From Vicugna vicugna (Eukaryota), in NCBI GenBank assembly GCA_013265495.1, contig MU057398.1, forward strand, positions 1-64,000: a stretch of 64,000 nt of DNA, read 5' to 3'. The notes under the pieces were generated by a model. That model had not been told where the DNA came from. It ran no database searches and saw only the letters and a list, made by a program, of their open reading frames with translations. Shown in pieces: positions 24,511-36,300 of this stretch. Each line of letters starts with the position of its first letter. Position 1 is the first letter of the stretch. The translations under genes and the position numbers were made by a program.

Positions 24511-27500
24511 GAGATGCTGAAATTGTTCCAGAAGGCTAGAATACCGTGGGGGAGTGCTGAGCATGAGGCTGGAGTGAGAAAGTGACTTTGTTTAAATGCC
24601 ACTCACTCCGTTTATGCCCAGTCCTCAAGGTTAGCAGTCTACAAACCAGGTGACTGGCCCCAGGTGGAAGGAGGCAAGAGGACATCTCCTATTGTTCTTA
24701 CATCACTTTTAAGTGTCTAGTTTGTGGCTATTTCCTAGTGTGGCACATACTACATTACAGTAGTAACATGTATGTGACTTAGAAATAGCTAGACACACAC
24801 ATATTTCGGAGGGGAGCAGCACTTGAGTCCTCCCGGGACACCAAGAGGGCCTTTGGAGTGCACAGTCTCTGCCAGCCACAAACGGATGAAAAGTTGGGTC
24901 CTTGCTTCACATACACAGTGCTCTGGATATATGTGTACAAATCCACCCTGGGGAAGCCTTCCAGAGTGCCCACACAAGACGAGTTCCCCTTCATGCACCT
25001 CCATTGCCCTGAGAACCTCTCCATTTCATGGCTGTAACTGTAAATCACACTGTGTGGATATTTGAATAATGTCTCTAAGCCTCATTAGCCTGGAGACCAC
25101 GTGAGGCAAGGGACCGTGTGAGTTTGTGTTCACTGAAGTTTCCTCAGAGCCTAAAGCTGCCTGGCACACAGTGGGAGCTCAGTAGTAAACCCTTGCTGAT
25201 ATATGAAGAACAACGTCACCCATCAGTTTTAGGTCCTCCACAGTACTGAGCACCAGAATTCACACTCAGTAAAGTAGATACTCGTGAAGTTGAATTTCTT
25301 AAATCACATATATTCTAAAATGACTCCAGTGCAAAGAACCTCAAGAAGTAATGCCTACAAAGGGAAATTATGGTGACACAGCTCATGGAAGGAGGAAGAG
25401 GACATAGGTTGAATTCTTGGCTCTACCAAAGACCTGCTTTGTGTTTGGCAAGTCACCCAACCTGTTTTGGTTTCTTTATCTGAAAAATGGTCATACTGGG
25501 TTCTTGCGAGGTGTTGATGAAATAAGCTACACAGAGTTTTCCGCTCATAGCCTGGCCCATCATGATCCCTTGATGCTTGCATCCTACTGCACAATTAGAT
25601 CATGGAGTTCAGCCCCCTCCTGGCCCATGTCACCTGCATGGGCCTTACCCCACGCCACCTCACATACTTAGTAGCCATGAATCTCTCATCCAATGACTCA
25701 TCTATGTTTCTCCTTAGCACACACGAATATTTATTTACCTATTCTTTCTCAGCCCAGGTCATTCAATCCAGTGCTAAATCCCACTTCCACACCCGTGGCC
25801 CTGCACACCTGATTACCGAGAATGGCTTCTGGTGACCTGGCTACTAAACACATCACTTACAGATTTCTAATTCCAAAGAATTTGAATATGATGAAACACT
25901 AAAAATATGCTCTAAAATTATACTCTGAAGCTTGGAGTCTTGGTCAATTCTAAACCTGTCTGGTGCTCTCCAAGGCCATCTTTCAGGGCCTTCCCCATAT
26001 ATGCACTGCTCCATGACCTTGGAAATGACAGCTTTGCTAGAGAACACCACCAGTGCCCACCCGCCAGAGTTGCAAACGTTGTTTCTCAGCCTCACCGTGC
26101 CCATGAGACTCAAATGCAGATTTCAGGACCCCACCCCTGCGAGTCTGGGATCTGGGCTGTGAAACACTGGCATCTGCATTTTCATATGCCACGTGAGGAT
26201 GTGTGTGCACATGGTGCCCGCTGACTCGCTCTGCTGGAGTCCAGCCCTGTGAACAGCGTCTAGATGCTAGAAAGGTGCACGGAGCTCACTGCGCCTACAA
26301 CATCCTGAGTCGCATTGCTCAGAGCCTCTAAACTCATCTTTTCACCCAAGTCACCACGGGCAGCCCGGCCTACCTCGCCAGCTACGCAAGCCAGAGGAGC
26401 CACTGGAAGAGGCACCCAGAGGTGGAGGCGGAGGCGGGACCGGGGCGGGGTGAGAGCAGGGCTGGGCTCTCAGTGACACCTCTAGGAAAACCGCAGGGCT
26501 TCTTCCCACAATAACGCTGCAGGAGCGCCCCCTCTGGAAGGTGATACTGGGCACAAGTGGAAGGACAATCCCCGCCATGAAGAAATGGACAAAATGGAGA
26601 GAAATGCAAGAAACGGAGAGGGTGGCAACCAATGGGCGGGAGAGACTGTCCAGTAATCTCACTGCCTCGCTCCACCCCAGGAGCACATCTCATGATCTCC
26701 CTTCTCCAGATGAGGAAACTGAGAAGGGAAGGGACTGATGTCTACTGGGATGAAATGGGTAATCGCCAAAAAGCAAGTCAATTGAGCAAGGGAACATGCT
26801 TGAGTGAGCCCAGTTCCATACCAAGGGCCGTCATATGGAGAAGGGCAGGCAAGAGATGGCGCTCTAGTTGGTCAGCTGAGGGCTGCATCTGAGAACCTGC
26901 CCAAGTGCTGTGTGCACACTGCCCCATCCAAGCCTCCCTGCATGCTGATCAGAGAGATATATTTATTACAGTCACTTCAGAGTTGCAGAAACTGGGGTTT
27001 CAAAAGGTTGAGTATTGCTTAGGGTCACAAGGCTGATAAGCTGTGGGACCAGGCTTAGAATCTGGTCACACTATCCCCTGTTCTCTTAACCCAATGCTGG
27101 GCTGCCGTGGTCCTAGAACTTTCCTCCCTGTCAGAACCACTTGAAAAACTGGTTAAAATTCAGAGTGCTGGGCTCCACTCCTAAAGTATCTGGAGTAGGG
27201 TAGGGCCTGAGAATTTGCATTTCTGAAAGTTCCCAGGGGTTGCTGATGCTGTGGTTCCCAGGTCTCTACGTCATCTCACAGGCCCCCAGCACTGGCCCAG
27301 CAGTACCCTCAACACTGGAGATACAGTCCTGCCTGCATGCTTTGGGGCATGCCCTTCACTCAGTCTGGAATGTTCCCTTCCCAGGTCACCCTAGGAAAAT
27401 TCTCCAGGTCCACCCATAAGAGATGGCTTTCTCTGATCTGTTCTCTGCCTGCGACAATCTGTTCCCACGTTCTGTTGCTACTTCTTGTAACTGATCTCAT

Positions 27501-27887
27501 GGTTTTATACGATACTTATGTTTGTCTTTATCTGTCCCTCTGGGCTGGCTTCTTACTTTTCCAAGGGAATGACCTTGTCCTATATATCTTTTTATGCCCA
27601 ACTGCAAGTACAGGCTTGCAAAAATGCTTGTTCACAGATTCATGTCTCCTTGCTGAGTAACTTTCAGGTCCCTCCATAGCCCTGGCCAAACCACTGTTTC
27701 ATTCTTATCTTTTGGCATTCCTTTGAGTTTCTGGTGCTGCTCCAGATTGTTTTCCATGTAGTAACAGCAGCAGACAGTGGAGTCACGAGCATCCACAAAC
27801 ATAAAATGTATGATTAAGGCTAACAGTGACGAGGATCAGTGTAATTAATAAATACATCCCCAGGACCCAAGAAGTATGGTGTAACAC

Positions 27888-28412
27888 TACGGTTCTCAAA
27901 GCAGAATCCGGGGAACGCTAGGGGTCCTTGAGACCCTTTAAGTCAGAATCCATAAGATGAAATCTCTTTTCACAATGATATTAAGATGTTTTTGCATTTT
28001 GTACTGTTTCTCAAAGGTAAAGTGGACTTTTCCAGAAGCAATCTAAGTGTGATATCATGGCAGACTGAAGTCAGAAACAGACACGATTACCCAGCTATCT
28101 CCTACTAATCCAAACATCAGAGAGTTGCAAAAATGTAAAACAATACCACTCTTCTCACTAAATTTCATTTGTTTTCTATAGATGTTTTGCATAAAATATG
28201 TTATTCATGTTAATCTGTCATGGTTTTATGACTGTCATCTTTGAATGAATTAATAATTTTTTAATTTCTCATCTTCAATTTTCATACTTAATTTTCAATT
28301 TTAATATTTAATAAATAGTGATATGTATAACCCACATAAACAAGAGATCTTCAGGGTCCCTAAATAAATTTTAAGAGCGTAAAGGGGTCCTGGGACCAAA
28401 AAGTCTAAAGAC
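27888..28412. mobile_element. hAT-Charlie non-autonomous element
   Basis: ggttctcaaa..ggggtccttgagaccctt start and ggggtcctgggaccaaaaagt end. Confidence 0.6.
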
Positions 28413-28743
28413 TTGCTTAATTTGATGCTGTGCATTATAATGAAGAAAAAAAATCTCTCATGGTATATTACATTATGGAAAAAAGGAGGCTTTACTTTTT
28501 TAACAATGACTTTGTGTTTTTTTCCCTTTGATGATCCTGCAGATACCACAGAATGCAAATTTAGGAGGGTAGGCAAAGATTTTTGCAATCCATGAAAAAC
28601 AGCAGATATTTGCACTAACAGTTTCTCTGCCTTAATTTTTAAAATTCTCCTTACTTGCTTTTCTATGGGAAGGGTCTATAAATGGAATACAAATACGGAG
28701 CTATAGATTCAGCTTGAAAATTGCCTGAGAGAAATAAACGGCT

Positions 28744-29160
28744 GTATTAGTTTGCTAGAGCTGCTGTAACAAAGTACCACCAACGGAGTAGCTTAAACGA
28801 AATTGATGAGCTCAGTCTGAAGGCCAGAATTCTGAGATCAGGGTGTCAGCAGGGCCACACTCCCTCTGAAATTTCTAGGGAAGGATCTGCTCCAGGCTTC
28901 TCTCCCAACTTCTGATATTTTCTTGGCTTGTGGCAGCACCACTCCAATATTCACAGTGTTCTCCCTGTGCTCATGTGTGTTACATTTTTTCCCTTTTTAT
29001 AAGGAAGCACATTCTATCGGATTAGGGCCCACCCTAATCATTTCATCACAACTCGTTGATCTCCATGAACACCCTGTCTCCAAAATCAAGTCACTTTCTG
29101 AAGCACTGGGGGTTAGGATTCCAACACATCCTTTTAGAGGTGCACAATTCAACCCATAAC
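28744..29160 (-). mobile_element. MLT1-type MaLR LTR
   Basis: tgtattagtttgctagagctgctgtaacaaagtaccac...caattcaacccataac. Confidence 0.85.
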
Positions 29161-30510
29161 GATGGACAATGATACAAGTTAGAGAAATTACAAAGGAAAA
29201 AGGTATGAGTTAAAATCATGGTGCTCAAATCAAAGAAGCCAATTCTATATTTTGGTCCATGATAGTAAATCCAGAGCTGAGGAAGTTTCCAGGCCAAAAC
29301 CTTAACTTTCTTTCTTATATTGTTGCTATTTGTCACCACATACATGGAACTGTTACTTAGGGAACTGAATCTTCTGCTGCTACATCTCTTGCCAGGCCTC
29401 ACAGAGGCCAGGAGTGTCTGCTGGGCTCGGGGAGTGAGTTCAATTTCTTTTAAGTCAGTCTCGCTCAGATGGTGCTAGTGGGGAGACTGATCGGGACCTG
29501 CGAGTTTTAGAACCAATTCCAGTATCCTTGCAGCAAAAGTCTGGGAGAAGAGAAGGGTACAGAGGAAGAGAAAGAAGAAAAGTGGAGTCCTCAGAAAGTC
29601 TAAAATCTTCTAAAACTTATAGTTTTTTTCACTAAAATGGAGGTGTTTAAGAGGAACCAGAGGAATGGTTACAATTACACAGTCCAACACAAAAATGGAC
29701 CTTGAGGCTATTTAAAGATGCAGCTTGCGGTGATGAGAAACGTTGCTAGGAAAGAAAAAAGTTGAGTTCGTGAATTTAGGGAAGGAGATCTTGTAAAAAG
29801 AGACAAATGAAGGCAAAAACACCGCCAAATTGTTGTAGTGAATTGAGCGAGGAAAACAGTGGGAAGTTGACCTAAGGGAGCGGGGAGACAAGAAGGTTGA
29901 GCCCATCAGCCACACCCATGGGAAGGAGCTGCACTTACATGATCCAGCTTCTTGTGACCCATTGCTACAAATTTAGAAGCTTAAAATAATGCCCACTGAT
30001 TATGCACACTTGCTCTGGGTCAGGCGTCCAGGCACAGCCTAGCTTCCAAGGCTGCAACGGGAGTGGCAGCTGGCTGGGGTCTTCCAAATTGCTTTCCAGT
30101 CAAATCTCGACTTGTAATTGCAGCCGCTCCCTTTGCAACAACTGGGGCTGGCCACCTCCTTCCTAATGCAGACCACCACTTATGTCTTCCAGCCTTTAGC
30201 ACTGGCTGGGCCTTTAAGACCAAGCTCAGAACATGCCTCCTCCAGGGAGCCCCTGTGGATTCCCCACAGACTGAGTGTCATGTCATCAAAGTTGATCCCT
30301 CTCTGGCCCATGCACACATCTCTTGCCAAGCACACTCAGCCCCAGGTGCTCTGTGCTGCCTGAACAAAGGACGTTGATAACTACAAAGCCCTAAGGAGGT
30401 GCCCAGCATTTAGCAAGCACTCCATGATACCAGCTGCTGTCCCTCCACCACGACCTATATCAGGGTGCCTCTCTCCTCTAACACTGGCCCCTTTTTCTCT
30501 GTGTGCCTAG

Positions 30511-31551
30511 ATGGTGGCAGAGGGGCTGGCCCCACCAAACGGAACAGCCACCCCAGATGTGAGGAAATAGGCCAGCAACAAACCCCACTGAATGCCCCAG
30601 CCCCTATGCCTGGTTCCTGGAGAGGAATGCACCAGACATGGGGCCCCTTGTTGGGAAACAATGAAAGAAATAGACCCCAGGATGTGTCCTTGGCCCCTGC
30701 TCTGAGAGGCATGTCCTACAGAGGTAGAAGGCGGTTTCCATCACTAGATCTGCTGGGGCCTTGAGTCAGCGGGGTGACCACCTGCAGGGCAGGCAGGATG
30801 AGGCCTCCCCACTTCCCTCCAGGCCCTCTTTGGGGGCACCTAGAGACCTGCATCAGCAGGAACTTTCCCACAGTCAGAGCCCAGAGCCCTGAGGTCTGTG
30901 GGGCCTGCCCTCCACCCCCAGGAACCAGGGGTCTTTGGCCCTACCTGGGTGTGGTTCGGTTCCTCCCCGACCTGCTCCCACTCTTGCCCCTTCCAGGACC
31001 TCCGAGAGGCCACCTGAGCCACTCTACCTGTTGGCCACCAGTCACCCTGCTCTCCTGCTAAGTCAGGGGATTCGCCTGGTGTGGTTGGCAGACAGCCGCC
31101 CAAAGGAGGGGGAGAGAGAGGCTCGTACACCTCCCGCCCCCTCGGGGACCCTTTCCCATATGGCCAGGCTGCTTCTCCATCCATTCCCTGTGTCCTTCCC
31201 TCCTGAAGCAGCTCCCCTCTGGGAGGAGTCAGGCCTCGGCCCTGGAACTGGAGCCCCCACCCTGGGCAGTCTCCTTGTCAGTCAGACCTGGGGGCACAGG
31301 AGCACAAATAGGTATACAGGTGACCCGGCCCACTGCCACCAGGGCAGGGGTCGGCTGGGGGCATGGAGCAGCCCAGCTGGCCTGCCCTTCCTCCCTTCAG
31401 TGCCATCTCAACCCTAGGGCAGCCCTCCATCTGCTGCACCTCATGGCAATCCAGATCACTGGACCATGCTTGCAGAGTTGCCCAGAACATTTGCGCATTG
31501 GTCCTTGGAGAGGTTAAAAGAGGGGTGATGTGAAGGACAGCAGCAGCAGGG
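30511..31551 (-). repeat. Right arm of the 1,041-bp perfect inverted repeat
   Basis: Exact reverse complement of 15220-16260. Confidence 0.98.
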
Positions 31552-31911
31552 CCAGATTCATTCAGAGTCAAGAGTCTTCTAAGTGTTTGCTCCAGGTCCT
31601 TTTTTTATATGTTACCATGTAATGATTTCACGAGAAAGCAATCCAGAGTAACCTCAATGTAGTCTTCCCATCCTTTGTGCTGTGGACCAGGGGAGTTCGA
31701 TGTGGCTTTACCCCTGTACCCTGGAATATTGATCACGGCTGATGTTCCTTAGAGCTGCACAGATGACGTGAGGATGCACACATAGAAGTGCTCTTTGGTG
31801 TGTGTAGGGAGAAGCCATGATGGCCAGTTCCACAATCCGCTTCTGTGTGTGCTGCTGTGGGCTGACTCAGGAGCTGTAGTGGCCTCCAATGTAAAGAAAT
31901 CACTTGTTTTT

Positions 31912-33033
31912 ACTTATAAGCATTTGCACAGCAAAGGAAACCATAAATAAAATGAAAAGACAACCTACAGAATGGGAGAAGATATTTGCAAATGATGTAA
32001 CTGACAAGAGCTTAATTTCCAGAATATACAAACAGCTCATACAACTCAACAACAAAAAAACCAAACAACCCAATCAAAAAATGGGTAGAAAACCTAAACA
32101 AACATTTCTCCAATGAAGACATATAGACAGCCAATAGGCCATGAAAAGATACTCAACATTGCTAATTTAGAGAAATGCAAATCAAAACTGCAATGAAGTA
32201 TCACCTCACACTAGTCAGAATGGCCATCATTAGAAAGTCTATAAATAAATATCAAATGCTGGGGAGGGTGTGGAGAAAAGGGAACCCTCCTACACTATTG
32301 GTGGGAACGCACTTTGGTGCAGCCACTGTGGAAAACAGTATGGAAATTCATTAAAAAAAAAAAAACTAAAAATAGACTTACTGTATGATCCAGCAATCTC
32401 ACTCCTGGGCATATATCTAGAGAAAACTCTAATGTGAAAAGGTACCTGCACCCCATCTTCATAGCAGCACTATTTACAATAGCCAAGACATGGAAACAAC
32501 CTAAACATCCATTCACAGATGACTGGATAAAGAAGATGTGGTATATATATATATACAACAGAATACTACTCAGCCATAAAAAAGAATAAAATAATGTCAT
32601 TTGCAACAACATGGATGGACCTGGAGATCATTATTCTAAGTGAAGTAAGCCAGAAAGAGAAAGAAAAATACCATACAATATCGCTTATATGTGGAATCTA
32701 AAAAAAAGACACAAATGAACTTATTTACAAAATACAAACAGACTCATAGATATAGAGAAACTTATGGTTACCTGGAGGAAATGGGATGGGAAGGGATAAA
32801 TTGGGAGTTTGAGATTTGTAGATACCAACTACTATATATAAAATAGATAAACAAATTTCTACTGTATAGCATGGGAAATGATATTCAATATCTTGTAGTA
32901 ACCTATAATGAATAAGAATATGTAATGTATATATATATAACTGGATCACTATGCTGTACACTAGAAACTAACACAACAGTGTAAATCAACTATATACTTC
33001 GATAAAAACAAATCAATTAATTAATTTTTAAAA
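31912..33033 (+). mobile_element. 5'-truncated L1 (ORF2 end and 3' UTR)
   Basis: [23 protein letters not shown] peptide. Imperfect TSD aaagaaatcacttgtttt (about 31893) / aaagaaatagcttgtttt (about 33034). Confidence 0.92.
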
Positions 33034-33050
33034 AAGAAATAGCTTGTTTT

Positions 33051-33900
33051 CAAATTGAGATAGAATTCCCATTCCATACAACTGATTCTTTTAAAGTGGA
33101 CAATTCAGTGCCATTTAGTGCATTCACAGTGTTATGTAATCCTCAAATCCTCACCTCTATCCAGCTGCAGAACATTTTCATTATCCCAAAAAAGACCCTA
33201 CTCCTATTAAGCAGTTACCCTGCAATTCACCCTCTGTCAGGCCCTGCCAACCACTACTTTTCATTCTCTATAGATTTACCTGTTCTGAACATTTCTTGTG
33301 AATAGAATCAAACAATGTGTTGCATTTTCACTCTGGCATCTTTCATTTAGCATTATATTTTCAAGTTTCATCCATATTGTAGCATATATTGGTACCTCAT
33401 TATTTTTATGGCTGAATAATATTCCATTCAATGGATAAACTACACTTTATCCATTCACCAGTTAGTGAACATTTGGATTATTTTCACTTTTCAGCTATTA
33501 TGAATAATTTTACTATGAACATTTCCGTGCAAGTTTTTGTTTTTGTGTGAACATATATTTTCATTTCTCTTGGGTAGGTATCTAGGGATGGGATTGCTGG
33601 GTCCTATGGTAACTCTATGTTTGACCTTTCAAAGAACTGTCAGACTATTTTCCAAAGTGGCTGCACCATTTTACATTCCCACTAGCAATGTATGCAGGTT
33701 CCAGTTTCTTCACTTCTTCACATTTGCTATTGTTCATCTCTTGCTTTTTGTCTTCTTTTTTAATTGAAGTATAGTCAGTTTATAATGTTGTGACAATTTT
33801 ATTGCCCATCTTTTTGATTCTAGACATCTTGGTTGGTGTGAAGGGCTATCCCACTGTGGTTTTCATTTGTATTTCCTTAGAAAGAAATTATGTTGGGCAT
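33051..33900 (-). mobile_element. L1MB-like 3' end, antisense, with a tiny L1 tail inserted at about 33745-33799
   Basis: tttttatggctgaataatattccatt, gggattgctgggtcctatggtaactctatg and ccattttacattcccac motifs. Confidence 0.85.
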
Positions 33901-36094
33901 CTTTAATCTTTAATCCATTTATATTTAATGTAATTCCTGATAAGATTTGATTATGTTTGCCACTCTTTTCTATATGTTTTATATCATTTTCACACTGCTA
34001 TTCCCCCATTATGCCCTCTTTTGTGTTAAATAGATCATTTCTAGTGGACCATGTTAATCTGTTCTCATTTCTTTTACTGTTTTTGAACTATTTTCTTAGT
34101 GGTTGTGCTGGAGAATACAACTCAAGTCCTCTGCCTTCCCTCTGGAGCATTCCCCTCCCCTGGCCCCACTGCCAGCCCCAAGTCACCCAAGTCACCCAAA
34201 TCACTAGGCTGAGGGCTACAGCAAAGGCAGAGAGACTGGAGAGAAGCAAGAGGACTGGCTCCTGCATGCAGAGCAAGGGTCTTGGAGGAAGGGGTGAGCC
34301 CAACACAGCTGGAGACAAAGAAGTGAAAGAAGAGAAACCTGGGTCTGCCAGCCTGGGGAAGGAGGGCGGCCTCTTCCTATGAGTGGCAGGGCCCAGCTGG
34401 CTTCTCTGAGGCCTTAGGGAGAGGCCCTGCCCCCACTGCCCAATGACCCCTGCACTCCTGAGCCCCCACAACAGAGGGGACACTTGGGCCCTCTGTGGGG
34501 CGAAGGCAACATGAAAGGGGAGCCTCGGCTCTGGTCAAGGTGGGCTGGACAGACAGTGCCTCTGAGCTAAGGCAGTGTGGATGCTGTCCCCACCCCTCTG
34601 TACTTGAATAACAGAGGAATGGAAGACCGCCCTGCTCCACAGGCACGCACACAGACGTCAGTGGGGAGAGGGTGTGCACCAAGTTTGGCCTGGAGACAGC
34701 CACCAAGAACTTAAGGTCCCTCGGGAAATCTTTGAGAGACAGGGACAGGGCCTGAGACACAGGCCTAGCTGGGAGCTGTGCCACTAGAGCCCCAGGAGAG
34801 GGAGGAGCTGTTCCAGAGCCACCAAGGATGCAGATACAGATGCCGATGGGAGGCTGTGGGGGAGCTGCCCTGGGGGCTGTGCCCAGCAAGGCTGAGGGCC
34901 TCCAAGGACAGGCCATGCGCTTGGCTTCGGGTCAAGGAGGCACAGTCCTGGGAACACCAAGTGCAGCCTCGGGGGACAGGACCTCCTTGTTTCAAACCAC
35001 ACGGGTGCTGCAGGCTGAGGGGCTACGGCCCACACCCCTTGGCAGGGGCCAAGGGGTCTGGAACCCACGTGTGGGCAGCGGCTCTGCCTTGCTCACCCCA
35101 GGCCCTGCTGCAGATCTGGCGCCTTTCCCAGGCCTCCCCCAGAACCAGTTCCTGCCCCAGGAAGGACCCCGCAGGCTCTGGAATGAGATGGTCAAAGGCG
35201 TCCCTCAGTCAAGCTCAGCCCCACCCCAGCCCCACAGGGGGATCTCCACATCCCTGCACAGCCTCATCCTGCCCCCCCACACTTGTCCTGGCACCCCTCC
35301 GACTACAAGACTGTGCCAGGCCCCTTCAGTCTGCTCCATGGCCTCCACTGTGGGGCCTGACTCCCAAGAAGGGTGGGGGAGGGGTGGGGCCCAGGTCTTC
35401 CCTGAACTGTGCCTCACACCCACACCCCCAATCCGCCCTGCTCTGGGTGTCGCACCTCACCCCTGGCCTCCCTCCACAGGGCCCTGGCACTGGTCTCCTC
35501 ATCTCGCGGCCTGAGGGCAGCTGCAGCACCAGACGGCAGGCCGAGGAGGGCACGGGGTCCCCCAGGGTTGGGAACGGGGGTCAGAGCCCACATCTGCTGG
35601 CCCCGGTCTGGCATCAAGTGTGCTTTCCAGGACAGGGGCTCAGTAAGGTGAGCCCAATGGCCTGTTTCGTTTCCGCCTTAGCCCTTAACCCTCTTTCGCT
35701 GTCTTCCTTCCCATTTTCAGGAGGAGGGAGGACCTGGCCACCCCGGCTGGTCCTCACACTTGGACGAGGGAGCCTCGGGTGAAACAAGCTGGCGCTGCCT
35801 GAGAGCCAGCTGGGCCGTCTGCAGAGACAATGATGCACAAGGAGATACCCAGCGGGGCCCTGAGGACCAGGAAAGGGTGACAGCCCAGGAGACGCCAGAG
35901 AGACACCCCAACACCTGCCCCAGCAGAGGGTGGGCAACAGGCCGTGCCTGGGAGCAGGTGGCAGCGGAAGACCAGGGCCACCACCCCGTTGTCACCATTC
36001 GCAGTCTGCCTTGCATCCCCCAGCTGTGTTTCCGGGTCTGTCACTGCTAACCACACGTCTCCAGCCAGGCTCACAGCTGTGTTTCCAGGGCCTG

Positions 36095-36300
36095 AACTGT
36101 GGGGTCTGCCAGCCTGATCTGGATCCCAGGGCCTCCACTGAGGAGCTGGGGGACCTGGGCAAGACTCTGAACCTTCCTGTGCCCAGTGTCCTCAACTGGA
36201 GAGGAGGGGGCATAACGGTGCTCCTGTGAGGACTCAGCATGCAGTGGAGTGAGTGTAGGCCCAGCGGCTCAGCCCAGTGCCTGGTACATAATAAGAATTC
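36095..36300 (+). mobile_element. MIR SINE remnant
   Basis: gacctgggcaagactctgaaccttcctgtgcccagtgtcctca..cagtgcctggtacata. Confidence 0.6.

Noticed and set aside
29765..29810. Peptide VREFREGDLVKR resembling the F..GD.V motif of Gypsy integrase
   Set aside because: Bounded by stops, with no other integrase motifs nearby. Too short to support.
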